Position numbers and translations under genes: made by a program | Part shown: positions 1 to 9,687 of the stretch, piece after piece | How the letters are laid out: each line of letters starts with the position of its first letter | How positions within the stretch are numbered: position 1 is the first letter of the stretch | IMG/VR virus record: IMGVR_UViG_3300030118_000298 | Span: 1-52,968 of that record | Origin: a virus | Lineage: Duplodnaviria > Caudoviricetes | Direction: 5' to 3' (one strand) | DNA: 52,968 bases | Notes under the pieces: generated by a model | Told to the model about the DNA's origin: nothing | Seen by the model: the letters and a program-made list of their open reading frames with translations, nothing else | Database searches by the model: none

Positions 1-136
1 CAGGTGAACCTATCTTACCTTTATACACACATCCCCTACATCCGTTTGGTCTATCTATTTCAAACTTACCACAAGTTGTTGGGCCACTAGCTGAATCTTT
101 CCAGTGGTTAAGTTTACTTATGGTAGCTTGGTAATC
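1..136. repeat. Terminal direct repeat (circularisation overlap), left copy
   Basis: Matches 52833-52968 except at positions 26 and 59. Confidence 0.95.
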
Positions 137-985
137 AAACTTTGGATGACGTTGACTCCACTCTACTGCTGTCTTCTCTGCATCATTACAGAAAGCGGCT
201 ACACCTATAAGGTCATACCATAATGGTTCGTCAACCTTGTCTTGATTGTCTACTGCCCAGTCAATCTGCTTACATTTAGATTTAACTATTGAACCAACAG
301 CAAGTGGGAACTCTTGTTTAGACACAAGGTTTTCGAGCAATGTGTTGTCACGAGTGTGACTTTCAGTGCCCCGGGGCGTATCACGATAGAAATAAGATAA
401 AGATTCAGTCAGAGCAGAAACCTCTACTGGTTCTGCATCTACTAAAAGTTTTACTTCATTACCATTCTTCGGGTTGTGTGTACCAACAGGTCTTAATACT
501 AATGCACTGTTAGCTGTAAGTCCTGCATCTATCTTAAACTCTTTATCCAATGCCGCTTGTTTCATAGCATTGGCTAGTGGCTTCCAATCTTTTGGTTCTA
601 GTTCTTCTGTTAGTACCCAATATACATGTAACCCATTACCCGAATATACTATCATCGGTTTGGGTAAACTCATTGTGTGTACAAATTTACCTAGTTCTTG
701 TAATCCTTCTTTCCAAGATGCGTATGGTTTTCCTTCACCACAATCTACATCTATAGCTATAACCTTAGTTGCTCTAACGTTATCTTGTTTTCTATTACCT
801 TTAACGTTGAAAGAAGATATAGCGAAATAAGTGTTGTTACCTGTGCTATCCAATCTTTCACATGTCTGTGCAAGTTCTTCTACCGACTCAAAGAAACCCT
901 GTTTACGACCATCTTGGTTGATAACAGTGGTTACATAAAACCCTTCTATCGGTAGGACTCGCTGAAGAAACTCTAGCGTGTTCAT
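1..985 (-). CDS. AEP-type primase/helicase, N-terminal part (continues across the junction into 52832..50962; about 951 aa total)
   Basis: Hand translation from ATG 985: MNTLEFLQRVLP...IAIDVDCG...SGNGLHVYW (AEP DxD and SGxGxH motifs), Cys motif PTTCGKF..GCRGC; in frame with ORF 50962..52602 across the overlap; absent from the ORF track because it runs off the edge. Confidence 0.85.
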   Translation of the reverse strand, partial: MNTLEFLQRVLPIEGFYVTTVINQDGRKQGFFESVEELAQTCERLDSTGNNTYFAISSFNVKGNRKQDNVRATKVIAIDVDCGEGKPYASWKEGLQELGKFVHTMSLPKPMIVYSGNGLHVYWVLTEELEPKDWKPLANAMKQAALDKEFKIDAGLTANSALVLRPVGTHNPKNGNEVKLLVDAEPVEVSALTESLSYFYRDTPRGTESHTRDNTLLENLVSKQEFPLAVGSIVKSKCKQIDWAVDNQDKVDEPLWYDLIGVAAFCNDAEKTAVEWSQRHPKFDYQATISKLNHWKDSASGPTTCGKFEIDRPNGCRGCVYKGKIGSP

Positions 986-1052
986 ATCTACCTACCTATG
1001 TTATAGGGGAGAGCATTAATGCAGTCTCAACTACTCTCCCCATATTATCATC

Positions 1053-1337
1053 TTACTCTGTTTTGTTGATAACCTCAAGAAGCCTTTGGAATCTATACTT
1101 TTGTTCCATAGCTATAACCTCGGGTGCGGGCCACCCATCAGTCATAATATCGAGTAAATCCTTGAGTGTGCTTCGTACTTTCTTATCGTTATTCTTACGG
1201 ATTTTGTTACCTTTCACCCATCCATAATAAGTCATACGAGACACACCAAGAAGTTCTGACATATTGCTTGTGGTTAAAAGCATATGCTTTCGTAAGGCTT
1301 CCACTTTCTTGAAATCAAGAGGTGGTATGTTAGCCAT
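1053..1337 (-). CDS. XRE-family HTH DNA-binding protein
   Basis: LRKHMLLTTSNMSELLGVSRMTYYGWVKG HTH pattern; start MANIPP at 1337 after AGGAG. Confidence 0.75.
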   Translation of the reverse strand: MANIPPLDFKKVEALRKHMLLTTSNMSELLGVSRMTYYGWVKGNKIRKNNDKKVRSTLKDLLDIMTDGWPAPEVIAMEQKYRFQRLLEVINKTE

Positions 1338-2076
1338 TGTCCACATCTCCTACTAGCTGTGCAATCTCTGCGGCTAGGTCATCAGCACCACTGACAGTCT
1401 TTGCCGCCTTTGGTTCTTCAACAGGCTTCTGTACTTCAACAGGCTTTACTTGTTGAGCAGGTTTGATAGCTTGTACGACCTTCGGCTTTGCAGGAGCAGG
1501 AGTTGGTTCTTCCGCTGCAGCTGCAGCCGGAGAGGTCTCACTCACAGAAACATCTTCTTCTATGGTGAATCCTTCTACTTCTTCAAAGCCAAACTTAGTA
1601 GCACCACTTGCACCCTCTACATACTGGATGATTTGTACTGCTCTAAGTCTGAGTGATACACCTGCACCAAGCATAGCTGTATGATAGAAAGCACATGAGC
1701 CATTTACCTTTATCTCTGACCCACCATAAATATTAGAGTTGGTCATCATATTACCTTTACTATCAAAGACAGCAGGTTTATATGCGGCTTTAGATTTGAA
1801 TTTGATAATCACATTACCTGTAGGATTACCATCCTCATCCACTTCTTTACTAAATGGAAGTGGTGCTTGCTTGATTTCTGTATTAGGTTTGTCTTTCTTC
1901 AAAGCCTTAATACCTTCAACAACACTCTGTTTGATTAGTTCAATCACTGGCTGAGCATCTTCTTCAGACAAACAAAGGTTGACCTTGTAATGTCCTTGCT
2001 CATCAAACTTAGTGTCGGGCGCACTTATGTAAGGGTAGTACGCAATCCCTTTAGCGGTTGTAAAAGTTTTATTCAT
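1330..2076 (-). CDS. T7 gp2.5-like single-stranded DNA-binding protein with long Pro/Ala/Lys tail
   Basis: TTAKGIAYYPYISAPDTKF, IIKFKSKA, IYGGSEIKV, GVSLRLRAVQII are typical of the gp2.5 family. Confidence 0.8.
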   Translation of the reverse strand: MNKTFTTAKGIAYYPYISAPDTKFDEQGHYKVNLCLSEEDAQPVIELIKQSVVEGIKALKKDKPNTEIKQAPLPFSKEVDEDGNPTGNVIIKFKSKAAYKPAVFDSKGNMMTNSNIYGGSEIKVNGSCAFYHTAMLGAGVSLRLRAVQIIQYVEGASGATKFGFEEVEGFTIEEDVSVSETSPAAAAAEEPTPAPAKPKVVQAIKPAQQVKPVEVQKPVEEPKAAKTVSGADDLAAEIAQLVGDVDNG

Positions 2077-2761
2077 AGTCTGAACCTCCTAGTTCATTGG
2101 TTAAATTAAATCCATCTTCTTCGACAAAACCGAAATCATCGAATGAATGGGTGGACTGTCCTGTTTCAACAGCAAGTTCTCCTGTGACAATCCTAGTCTG
2201 TTTAGTCCCCAAATGCTCATCGACATGCTTTTGGTTTGCATCACTATTGAATCCACGAAAACTAAATCTTAGTTTTGGGAAAGTCGCTAGTGTATCAAAC
2301 TCTATCCTTGTCCTTACTATCTCGGGTGCAATACCACGCATGGACAATTCTTTTTGATAAGCGTTCAAGTTCTTCAAAGACGCAGGAGTAACTTGTAGTA
2401 AGTATGCTTCACTAAATGGGGCCTTTGCTAAGACAACTGCCAATCGTTTCTGATCGACACAAGCCTTAACCTTAGACCCTGTTGGTGTAGTCCTAGAACC
2501 CCAAGCGTTCTGTGGGCAAGAAACACACATGTCATTCTGTATGGCATGACTGTTCTTATTCGGATATACACCATCTAGTGAATAGCAATCGGGAGTAGAA
2601 GACTGGCTATCTTCAGACCATTCCTCTGCATACCAAGATTTGGATAGCTTTGGATTCGCACCGACAATGACAACATCTATACTCTTGTCGAGTACAGTCT
2701 CCTCGTCACCACTGACAACACGAAACTCTTGTCCTTTGATAGATATCTTCGGTGCAATCAT
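2069..2761 (-). CDS. Phage replication protein, putative second ssDNA-binding/annealing protein with Cys motif
   Basis: PDCYSLDG..P, CVSCPQNAWGS..KAC motifs; acidic/aromatic C-terminus; replication-module context. Confidence 0.5.
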   Translation of the reverse strand: MIAPKISIKGQEFRVVSGDEETVLDKSIDVVIVGANPKLSKSWYAEEWSEDSQSSTPDCYSLDGVYPNKNSHAIQNDMCVSCPQNAWGSRTTPTGSKVKACVDQKRLAVVLAKAPFSEAYLLQVTPASLKNLNAYQKELSMRGIAPEIVRTRIEFDTLATFPKLRFSFRGFNSDANQKHVDEHLGTKQTRIVTGELAVETGQSTHSFDDFGFVEEDGFNLTNELGGSDYE

Positions 2762-3165
2762 TTATCGTCTGCCTTATTAACAGGCTTACGAACATTGACA
2801 TCTATTCGTGTGCCATAATTAACACCATCGGGAACAGCTTTGTTGGCATCAATATAGCCACGCACTGCTGTCTTACTGACTCTTTTCTCTAGCATATCCC
2901 ATGCTTCATTAGTCTTAATAAAACCTAGGACTGCATCCCAATCTCCCACTTGGGCAAAGTCGGTAGTCGTTATGAACGCTGTACCGAATGGTGTCTTCTT
3001 AGAAGTTTCACCATCAGCATCCATCTTTTCTTTTAGCCACGCTTCAAGTTTGAGAAGATTAGCTTTTATATCTGCAACCTTTTCTTTGGCTTCAGCTTCT
3101 ATAGCTTCCTTCTGTCCTCTCAACTTGAGGTATGTGGCAATAACTTTATCTGTAGTTAGTTCCAT
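2758..3165 (-). CDS. Conserved phage hypothetical protein (N-terminal coiled coil)
   Basis: GAGGTAACT RBS; overlaps the downstream gene. Confidence 0.6.
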   Translation of the reverse strand: MELTTDKVIATYLKLRGQKEAIEAEAKEKVADIKANLLKLEAWLKEKMDADGETSKKTPFGTAFITTTDFAQVGDWDAVLGFIKTNEAWDMLEKRVSKTAVRGYIDANKAVPDGVNYGTRIDVNVRKPVNKADDK

Positions 3166-3167
3166 AG

Positions 3168-4718
3168 TTACCTCGTTTCCTTCTGTATAAGGTCTAGTAA
3201 AAGACCTTGTAGTTTTTGTTTATTTTTTAATCTCTCATACATCTTATACTCTAGGTCTGTTGACTCTATGTGTATGACGTTTGAGACATGTTTCTTACCT
3301 ATCCTTTCAATGCGACCATTCGCTTGAATGTATTGCTCGTTGCTTGTCACTGGCCCATACCACACCACAGTAGATGCGGCGGTAAGAGTTAGACCATGTG
3401 CCATAGTTGCAGGGTGAGCAATCAATACATGTGGATTCTTTTCATTCTGAAAGTTATGAAAGATAGTGTTTCGTTTTGAAGAAGATACTTCTCCATTAAC
3501 AACAGCTACATCCCATGCCTTTGAGAGTTCTCTTTCCAACATGTTTAATGTTCCTGTAAGGGGAACAAAAACTATAACCTTACCTCCAACTTCCTCTATA
3601 ATTTCTTTAACAACTTTAACTCTTGGCGAACAATCAAGTTCAATGTGTCTGCCATCATCTCCGTACACTACACCACAACTTATCTGCACAAGTTTCTGTA
3701 GTTTTACGGCTTCATTGACAGCAGTGATTGTTCCTTCTTCTTCAAGCTGTGTTACAAAATGTTTCAACATTATTGCATAATGTCTCTTCTGTTCGGGGGT
3801 GAGGTCTATCTTCCTTGTTTGATAGACTGTATCGGGTAGGTCAAAGCATTCATCTCTTGTGTATCTAACAGCAGGATATAAAATATGTCTTACTGTTTCT
3901 ATTGATTCGGGTCTTGGTATCCACTTCCATTGTCCTATCTTCATCATTACAGCTTCTCTAAAAGCAGTATAAGTTTTGGTGCAGTAAGGACTATCTACTA
4001 GTTTAGCTAATGCCCAAGCATCAGTAGGATCATTCGGTGTGGGTGTACCTGTCATCAACCACAAACGAGTTCTTGGATGTTTGTCCATGAACTTCCTGAG
4101 CGTTCGAAATCTATTTGTTGATGGGTTTCTAAGAACAGCGGCTTCATCTACAATAACAAGGTCAAACATATTGACAGCATCATCGGATATAATATTGAAA
4201 CCATCGTGGTTTATAATATAAAAGTCTGCTTCTGTCTTGAGTAGCTTCTTTCTTCTTGCACTTGTTCCATGTAAAGTTAGTGATGTACGATGAGGAAAGT
4301 TCATAAAGATACCATCACCCCATACTCTCTCAAGTGTAGATAGTGGTGATATAATTAGTACCTTCTTAACTTCTCCTATCTCCATAAGATAATCTGATGC
4401 CCACAATGCTGACTGTGTTTTACCAGTTCCTATCTCGTTAAGTACCAATGCTTTCTTGTGCATGGTAAGAAAAGCAGAAGTCATGCGTTGATGTTCGTAA
4501 GGTGTATAACGACCTGTCCAGTTATAATAATGTAGTATGGGGGATGGTACTTGAAATCCTAGATTGCGTAACACCTTCACTTCGTCAAGTTTGTGTGGTG
4601 CTACAACAAGTTCTGCTCCGTCATACTTCAGCATGCGGGCCGTAGGAATCGTTTGTAAAATTTGATTTGGGTGCTTTGGGTTAAGAGCAATAGCTTTTGC
4701 TTGTTCAATAACAATCAT
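3168..4718 (-). CDS. SNF2/SF2 DNA helicase
   Basis: Walker A EIGTGKT, DEAA box, motif III TGTP, motif VI QANGRIERIG. Confidence 0.9.
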   Translation of the reverse strand: MIVIEQAKAIALNPKHPNQILQTIPTARMLKYDGAELVVAPHKLDEVKVLRNLGFQVPSPILHYYNWTGRYTPYEHQRMTSAFLTMHKKALVLNEIGTGKTQSALWASDYLMEIGEVKKVLIISPLSTLERVWGDGIFMNFPHRTSLTLHGTSARRKKLLKTEADFYIINHDGFNIISDDAVNMFDLVIVDEAAVLRNPSTNRFRTLRKFMDKHPRTRLWLMTGTPTPNDPTDAWALAKLVDSPYCTKTYTAFREAVMMKIGQWKWIPRPESIETVRHILYPAVRYTRDECFDLPDTVYQTRKIDLTPEQKRHYAIMLKHFVTQLEEEGTITAVNEAVKLQKLVQISCGVVYGDDGRHIELDCSPRVKVVKEIIEEVGGKVIVFVPLTGTLNMLERELSKAWDVAVVNGEVSSSKRNTIFHNFQNEKNPHVLIAHPATMAHGLTLTAASTVVWYGPVTSNEQYIQANGRIERIGKKHVSNVIHIESTDLEYKMYERLKNKQKLQGLLLDLIQKETR

Positions 4719-5014
4719 TGTTCGCCCTTAATATAAGTAATAACTTCTTGTATAGTTTCTTTGTCGTAAACTAAAAAACATTTGCCACCATTCATTTCTA
4801 TCTCCTTCATTGTTTTGGTCTGCAATGCAGTCGGCTTCTTTGTTTTATCAGCCTTGCATTCTATACCTACAAATCTACCCTTCACTATGGCTACCCTATC
4901 GGGTATACCTGCTTTACCGAAAGGCCCACTCTGTGGACTGTAAAACCAAACGTCAAGTTCTTTCAGTGACTTATCTAACCAACGTTTAATTTTTCCCTCG
5001 GGGGTATTACTCAT
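4715..5014 (-). CDS. VRR-NUC nuclease (Holliday junction resolvase-like)
   Basis: TPEGKIK..GIPD..FVGIECKA..PTALQ; likely start MSNTPE at 5014. Confidence 0.85.
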   Translation of the reverse strand: MSNTPEGKIKRWLDKSLKELDVWFYSPQSGPFGKAGIPDRVAIVKGRFVGIECKADKTKKPTALQTKTMKEIEMNGGKCFLVYDKETIQEVITYIKGEQ

Positions 5015-5036
5015 ATTATTATTCTTTACATAAATG

Positions 5037-5687
5037 TCAAGTAGCAAAATCACAAATATTTTTTGCAGGACAAAACCTACATAAACCACTAGGTTTAGGT
5101 GGCCATTTATTATTTATGAATGATTGATTAATCCGTTCTGTTTTACTCAATAACTTTACCCACATGTCATCTGACTCTGTTCTATCATATGTATGTGAGT
5201 CTAGTGCCATATCCTTCAGCCATACAAAAGTTGACTGGACTTGTTTTATATTTGGAAAATGTTGGAACACCTGCAATGCAAACATCTCTAGCTGTGAGAA
5301 GTCGGGTCTACGTTTGCCAGTCTTCCAATCCATAACGATAGCCTTATCATCAAACAAAACTAGAACATCAAGTATGGATCGTAACCAAGCGTCTTTCTCC
5401 CACCAAGTTGTTGGTGTAAGGTTTTCATTTAGTGTAAGCTTCTGCTCTACTTGTAAAGTTCCACCCATACCCTCTATGCTTTTACATAGAGGTTCATAGG
5501 CTTCTGACTCAGTAGGCAATGCCACCTGTTTATCTAGTCGATGTTCGAGTGCTTCGTGTATTCGCTCACCATAGATAGTGGCATCGCTACCTGTATCCTT
5601 TACTTCTTTGGTTACCCTTTGATGGTAATATCGTTTAGGGCAGTTCTCATACATCTTAATAGATGAGAACGAATGTGATAATGTCAT
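5037..5687 (-). CDS. PD-(D/E)XK exonuclease (RecB/Cas4-like)
   Basis: SFSSIKMYENCP, ILDV..MDWKTGK, QLEMFA, C-terminal LCRFCP..IC. Confidence 0.85.
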   Translation of the reverse strand: MTLSHSFSSIKMYENCPKRYYHQRVTKEVKDTGSDATIYGERIHEALEHRLDKQVALPTESEAYEPLCKSIEGMGGTLQVEQKLTLNENLTPTTWWEKDAWLRSILDVLVLFDDKAIVMDWKTGKRRPDFSQLEMFALQVFQHFPNIKQVQSTFVWLKDMALDSHTYDRTESDDMWVKLLSKTERINQSFINNKWPPKPSGLCRFCPAKNICDFAT

Positions 5688-5929
5688 GTAGACATCCTCT
5701 TCATTATGTCATACTTCAGCATTTCAAGTATAGCTACGGTTTCTGTACTATTCTCTAGTATACTAGAAAACCTTACATACTCCCCACCTAACTTTACCAT
5801 AACAAGTAGTTCTTCTGCTGAAGGGTCTTCCTTTACAGCAGTGGATACCTTGTCAAGTATCTCAAGTATTCTTTGTTTCTTATTACTATGTGCCTTAAAT
5901 TCATTAGGCAGTTCTTCTTCATTAATCAT
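5684..5929 (-). CDS. Hypothetical protein
   Basis: Overlap-coupled to both neighbours. Confidence 0.55.
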   Translation of the reverse strand: MINEEELPNEFKAHSNKKQRILEILDKVSTAVKEDPSAEELLVMVKLGGEYVRFSSILENSTETVAILEMLKYDIMKRMST

Positions 5930-7800
5930 TTAGCTTCTCCATAATTATAACCTACACCCGATTCACATGCAACAGGCAAGTCCTTTGCCCAGCGTGGTGG
6001 TGTAGACATTTTTCTCTCAACAAGTTGACGTGCGTGTGTCTTGTCGTTTTCCCGGGCCGTGATAATAACTTCATCATGTACTTGAAAAGCAACATGATAT
6101 GACTGTCCGATTGATGCCATTTGCTCTGCGACTACAATCCTAGCCAAAGCCTGTACCACATTCTCTGTAACTTTACCTCCGTAAATCCTAGTCCAGTCAA
6201 TCTTCTGCTGTTCACCAGTCATCAGTCTTTTCTGTGTAAGTTTACGGAAAGTCCTAGCGTCAGATATATATTCAAAACCATCAGCCGTATTACGCAACGC
6301 ATTGTATTTTATCTTCAATCCATTAGGTAAAGTTATGCCATCCTTATCATAAGGAAGTAACTCACATATCTTACCCGATGCACCCGACACCATACCATTC
6401 AGAGCATGACCACAGCTATGCCACAGTGATACTATCTTATGGTTCTTCTGTCGGTATAAGTTTACAATACGTTTGGCTTCGTTTTCATCTATGTCTACAG
6501 CGATACCACCTTGCCCAAGAGCAAGAGTGGTTCTAAACTTTACATGACCCATACCATACCCGAGTCCTAAGATACAAGTTTTCCCTACAAACCTTTGAAT
6601 CTTATCGTCTTTTGTAACTTTCCTACCATATACTTCAGTAGCAAATTCACTATAGACATCACGACCTTCACGGAATGCTTGCACAAGATCATCTTGTCCT
6701 GCGATGTACGCAACCATACGGGCTTCTATCTGTGACGAGTCACAAGCAATCAAGCTATGACCTTTAGGCACAGTGATAGCTTTACGGATAGCACCATTTC
6801 TAGGTAGGTTCTGTAAGTTTAGTTTATCACCACCACTAAACCTACCTGTATGTGCGCCATAGTAGTTGAGCATTATAGGTAACGCTCCCCTGTCTGCTAC
6901 CTTCATAAGGTTCTCGGTTCTAGTCTCTTCGATGGTAGACTTTGTACCAAGTCTTGCCGCCACTAAAGATTGCACCTTTGGGTTAGGGTGTTCTAATAAA
7001 GCAGTAAACTCTTTATCTGTCTTTGCAAACGCATAGGTTTCTTTACCAGTGCGTAGGCTAGTCTTCATCGGTGGTTCTACACCAACAGTTTCTAGTATCT
7101 TTGCAAAGATTTGATTAGACATCAGAGCCTTTTTAACTTTCTCCTCACTCAAACCTTTAAGTGCTAGTGATTCGATCAGTTGTCGTTTGCTATCTCTAAC
7201 CTTTTGAAGATGGTCAGCTAGAACTCCCTTATCTAATATAATAGTAGGTTCAGTATACATACGGATTGTTTGGTCTATAATCATAAGTTCAGATACAGGT
7301 ACTTTACTTCTTAACTTTTGATACAGTTTGTATGTCAAGTTTATATCCTGCAAACAATAGTCAGCATACCTGTCAAGTTCTTGTGGTGAGAAGTCATTGC
7401 GTTTCTTACCAAGACCTTGTATAATCTCATCCCCTTTTTGACCAAGGTTATAGAAGTTTGCTAGAGCCTTGAGAGAACCTCCCACATTTGCATGATGAAA
7501 TGGTCTAGCCATAGACAAAGTATCAAACCAAAACTTAGGCTTAATACCATACAACCAAGATAGAATAGCACCATCGAACACAGTATTGTGTGCAAGGATA
7601 GCATCTTCCGAATAGTCTAGTGAGTTCAAAAACCTACCGACATCCCCCCCACTATACCAGTCGGGTGGGTTGTCATCTACCTTTATACCTACACCAATAA
7701 CCTCAAACCTTGGGTCTCTGATGTAAGCTTCAGTTGTCATTTTGGATAGGGAATACTCACGACTATAGTATGTTTCAAAGTCAATCGTGATTACTCTCAT
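5926..7800 (-). CDS. polA: Family A DNA polymerase (3'-5' exo plus pol, no 5'-3' exo); Leu at the 762-equivalent
   Basis: Exo I DFET; TGRFS..NLQNLP; motif A DSSQIEAR; motif B RFVGKTCILGLGYG; motif C VHDE. Confidence 0.95.
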   Translation of the reverse strand: MRVITIDFETYYSREYSLSKMTTEAYIRDPRFEVIGVGIKVDDNPPDWYSGGDVGRFLNSLDYSEDAILAHNTVFDGAILSWLYGIKPKFWFDTLSMARPFHHANVGGSLKALANFYNLGQKGDEIIQGLGKKRNDFSPQELDRYADYCLQDINLTYKLYQKLRSKVPVSELMIIDQTIRMYTEPTIILDKGVLADHLQKVRDSKRQLIESLALKGLSEEKVKKALMSNQIFAKILETVGVEPPMKTSLRTGKETYAFAKTDKEFTALLEHPNPKVQSLVAARLGTKSTIEETRTENLMKVADRGALPIMLNYYGAHTGRFSGGDKLNLQNLPRNGAIRKAITVPKGHSLIACDSSQIEARMVAYIAGQDDLVQAFREGRDVYSEFATEVYGRKVTKDDKIQRFVGKTCILGLGYGMGHVKFRTTLALGQGGIAVDIDENEAKRIVNLYRQKNHKIVSLWHSCGHALNGMVSGASGKICELLPYDKDGITLPNGLKIKYNALRNTADGFEYISDARTFRKLTQKRLMTGEQQKIDWTRIYGGKVTENVVQALARIVVAEQMASIGQSYHVAFQVHDEVIITARENDKTHARQLVERKMSTPPRWAKDLPVACESGVGYNYGEAK

Positions 7801-8123
7801 CTAACCCTCCTAGTAAACCTAGGTTCTTTAACCTCATTGATTGTGGGAACTTGTTCTCCTGCCAATGCACCATAGCCACATGTGTCTACATAGTTATCTA
7901 CATTGGTAGGGTTCTCAGTAGTCCTAGCAATCTTGTACAATACCATCATCATAGGTACTTCATGGGGGAAGATATCCACCCCCAAGTATGTACTCCACAA
8001 ATCTGCTACCATCTCAAAGTTTTTACTAGCATCACCATGTTCTACTTCTCTATCTGATGATGTTAGTTTGTCTGCTAACTGTAGTATGTTACTACGTTTA
8101 TACTTAGCATTCTTTCTGCTCAT
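7797..8123 (-). CDS. DUF6378-like phage protein (nucleotide-metabolism associated)
   Basis: DREVEHGD..NFEMVADLWS..YKIAR..DNYVDTCGY pattern; start MSRKN at 8123 with GGAGGTAAC RBS. Confidence 0.65.
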   Translation of the reverse strand: MSRKNAKYKRSNILQLADKLTSSDREVEHGDASKNFEMVADLWSTYLGVDIFPHEVPMMMVLYKIARTTENPTNVDNYVDTCGYGALAGEQVPTINEVKEPRFTRRVR

Positions 8124-8562
8124 CGTTACCTCCGTGTAAAGTGAATAATTCCACACCTTTACCACATTGTAAAGAGTGTTCATTAGAAATGTTTACAGCT
8201 TGACTTGCAGTAGCACCCATTGCCAACGCACCAAGTGCTATCTCCTTCCCATCTCCGAACGCAGAGTATGGTGCTGTGTTTGGTATCAACATCTTGTACG
8301 ATAATTCATACAGTCCGTCTTTCTTCACAACGATTAGCTTTGCTTGGCTAGGTGGTACATCGGGTTTGATATCGGGCATACCTTGTTGATACCATTCCGA
8401 TAGTTGTCTGATGTAGTGTGCTAGTCCAACACCTGTAATGATTACTACTTCTTTCTCCTTGCTCATGCCATACCAAGCCTTTGATGACTCCCATTTCTGA
8501 GAGCCATCATTAGCCATTCTGTCAGTAGCAAGGGTCTTTCCATCCCATGCTATTACTGTCAT
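8104..8562 (-). CDS. HslV/proteasome-beta-like Ntn-hydrolase
   Basis: N-terminal M-T(1)-VIAWDGKTLATD and C-terminal AFGDG..ALGALAMGATASQAV resemble the phage HslV-like family. Confidence 0.6.
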   Translation of the reverse strand: MTVIAWDGKTLATDRMANDGSQKWESSKAWYGMSKEKEVVIITGVGLAHYIRQLSEWYQQGMPDIKPDVPPSQAKLIVVKKDGLYELSYKMLIPNTAPYSAFGDGKEIALGALAMGATASQAVNISNEHSLQCGKGVELFTLHGGNDEQKEC

Positions 8563-9680
8563 AGTTTACTTACCTCCTCGATTGTTAATGTATTCTTTCC
8601 GTAAAAGGTGTACTGGTACTTCTCCTCACGCTTCTCATCATGTCCTTCTTTCTCAAAGACATTGAATCGTCTACGCAATTCGACCGACATGTCTGTCAGT
8701 ATCTTGTGAACACCATCAAATACTTCCTTGCTTGTAGGCTTGGACTGTTGATAGTACCCACTTGATGGTGTAGCACAGAACCCCAACAACAATTCTTTTG
8801 GGAACTCGTTGTCTCGTATTGATTGCTCAAGCAAGTCAAGCCAAGGTTTACTAGACCAATCGGGTTGCTTCCAATGGTATCTACTCTGCCCTTGTCTCTC
8901 TGCCCATATCTTCTCAATCAATGGGTCAAAGGCACGAACCTTTGCCCTTGCCTTGATACCACGCTTGAACTTGGCTAGTGCCTGTCGCCATACCTTACGC
9001 TCGTCAGCTTTCTCAACGAACTTGTCATCAGGTCTACGATTGAGACACTCACCAGTAATGATGTTGAACTTGAGACCTTGGAAATATGCAGGTGATTCCT
9101 TCATCATTCTGCTCTGTACACTCCATGTTGACATGTAACATTGAGACCTGAAGTCATTGCATATGGCTTCACCAACGTCATCAGATAGTAGCTTGGCTTG
9201 TTCTAGCTTGTTCTTAAACCAATTCTCTAGTTTGATAGCCATTCTCTTTGCATGATTACCTGTGTGTTGTACCCGATACAGACCTTTCTTGTGTCGTTCA
9301 AACATGAATGGTATCCAACGATACGATGATGACACAATAGATTGTGAGTGTTGCCATACCGCAGATGGTGGTGCAACAAACTCCACTACGTTGTCAGGTG
9401 TTATACGCATGAATGGTTGACTGCCGTACCCCTCAAGGTTGACGACATAAGATGTGACACCTTGTTGTACTGAGTCATGCTTGAACAGTCTGAAGCTTGC
9501 CGATATCTTACGACCTTTCTTGTGGTCACGACATCTTGCAAACTCTTTGGCAAACTGGTCATAGTTCTCTAGCCTACGACCACCATTGTTACCATCTGCA
9601 TAGCTGACGTATCGTCTCTCATCTTCCATCTGTCGTTCGATGTACTCAATGAGTTCTTGTTTGTTATTTACTTCTTCCAT
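8559..9680 (-). CDS. Hypothetical protein (373 aa)
   Basis: Long ORF with GAGGTAACT RBS; no motif recognised. Confidence 0.7.
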   Translation of the reverse strand: MEEVNNKQELIEYIERQMEDERRYVSYADGNNGGRRLENYDQFAKEFARCRDHKKGRKISASFRLFKHDSVQQGVTSYVVNLEGYGSQPFMRITPDNVVEFVAPPSAVWQHSQSIVSSSYRWIPFMFERHKKGLYRVQHTGNHAKRMAIKLENWFKNKLEQAKLLSDDVGEAICNDFRSQCYMSTWSVQSRMMKESPAYFQGLKFNIITGECLNRRPDDKFVEKADERKVWRQALAKFKRGIKARAKVRAFDPLIEKIWAERQGQSRYHWKQPDWSSKPWLDLLEQSIRDNEFPKELLLGFCATPSSGYYQQSKPTSKEVFDGVHKILTDMSVELRRRFNVFEKEGHDEKREEKYQYTFYGKNTLTIEEVSKL

Positions 9681-9687
9681 AGTTACC

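Noticed and set aside
474-830. 118-aa + strand ORF and the many other antisense ORFs in the track
   Set aside because: Shadows of real genes on the opposite strand; no RBS or motifs
5015-5040. TTGACA promoter before the VRR-NUC gene
   Set aside because: No properly spaced -10 box; TTGACA overlaps the upstream stop codon
5037-5687. Cas4/CRISPR association
   Set aside because: No array or other cas genes; ordinary phage replication-module nuclease
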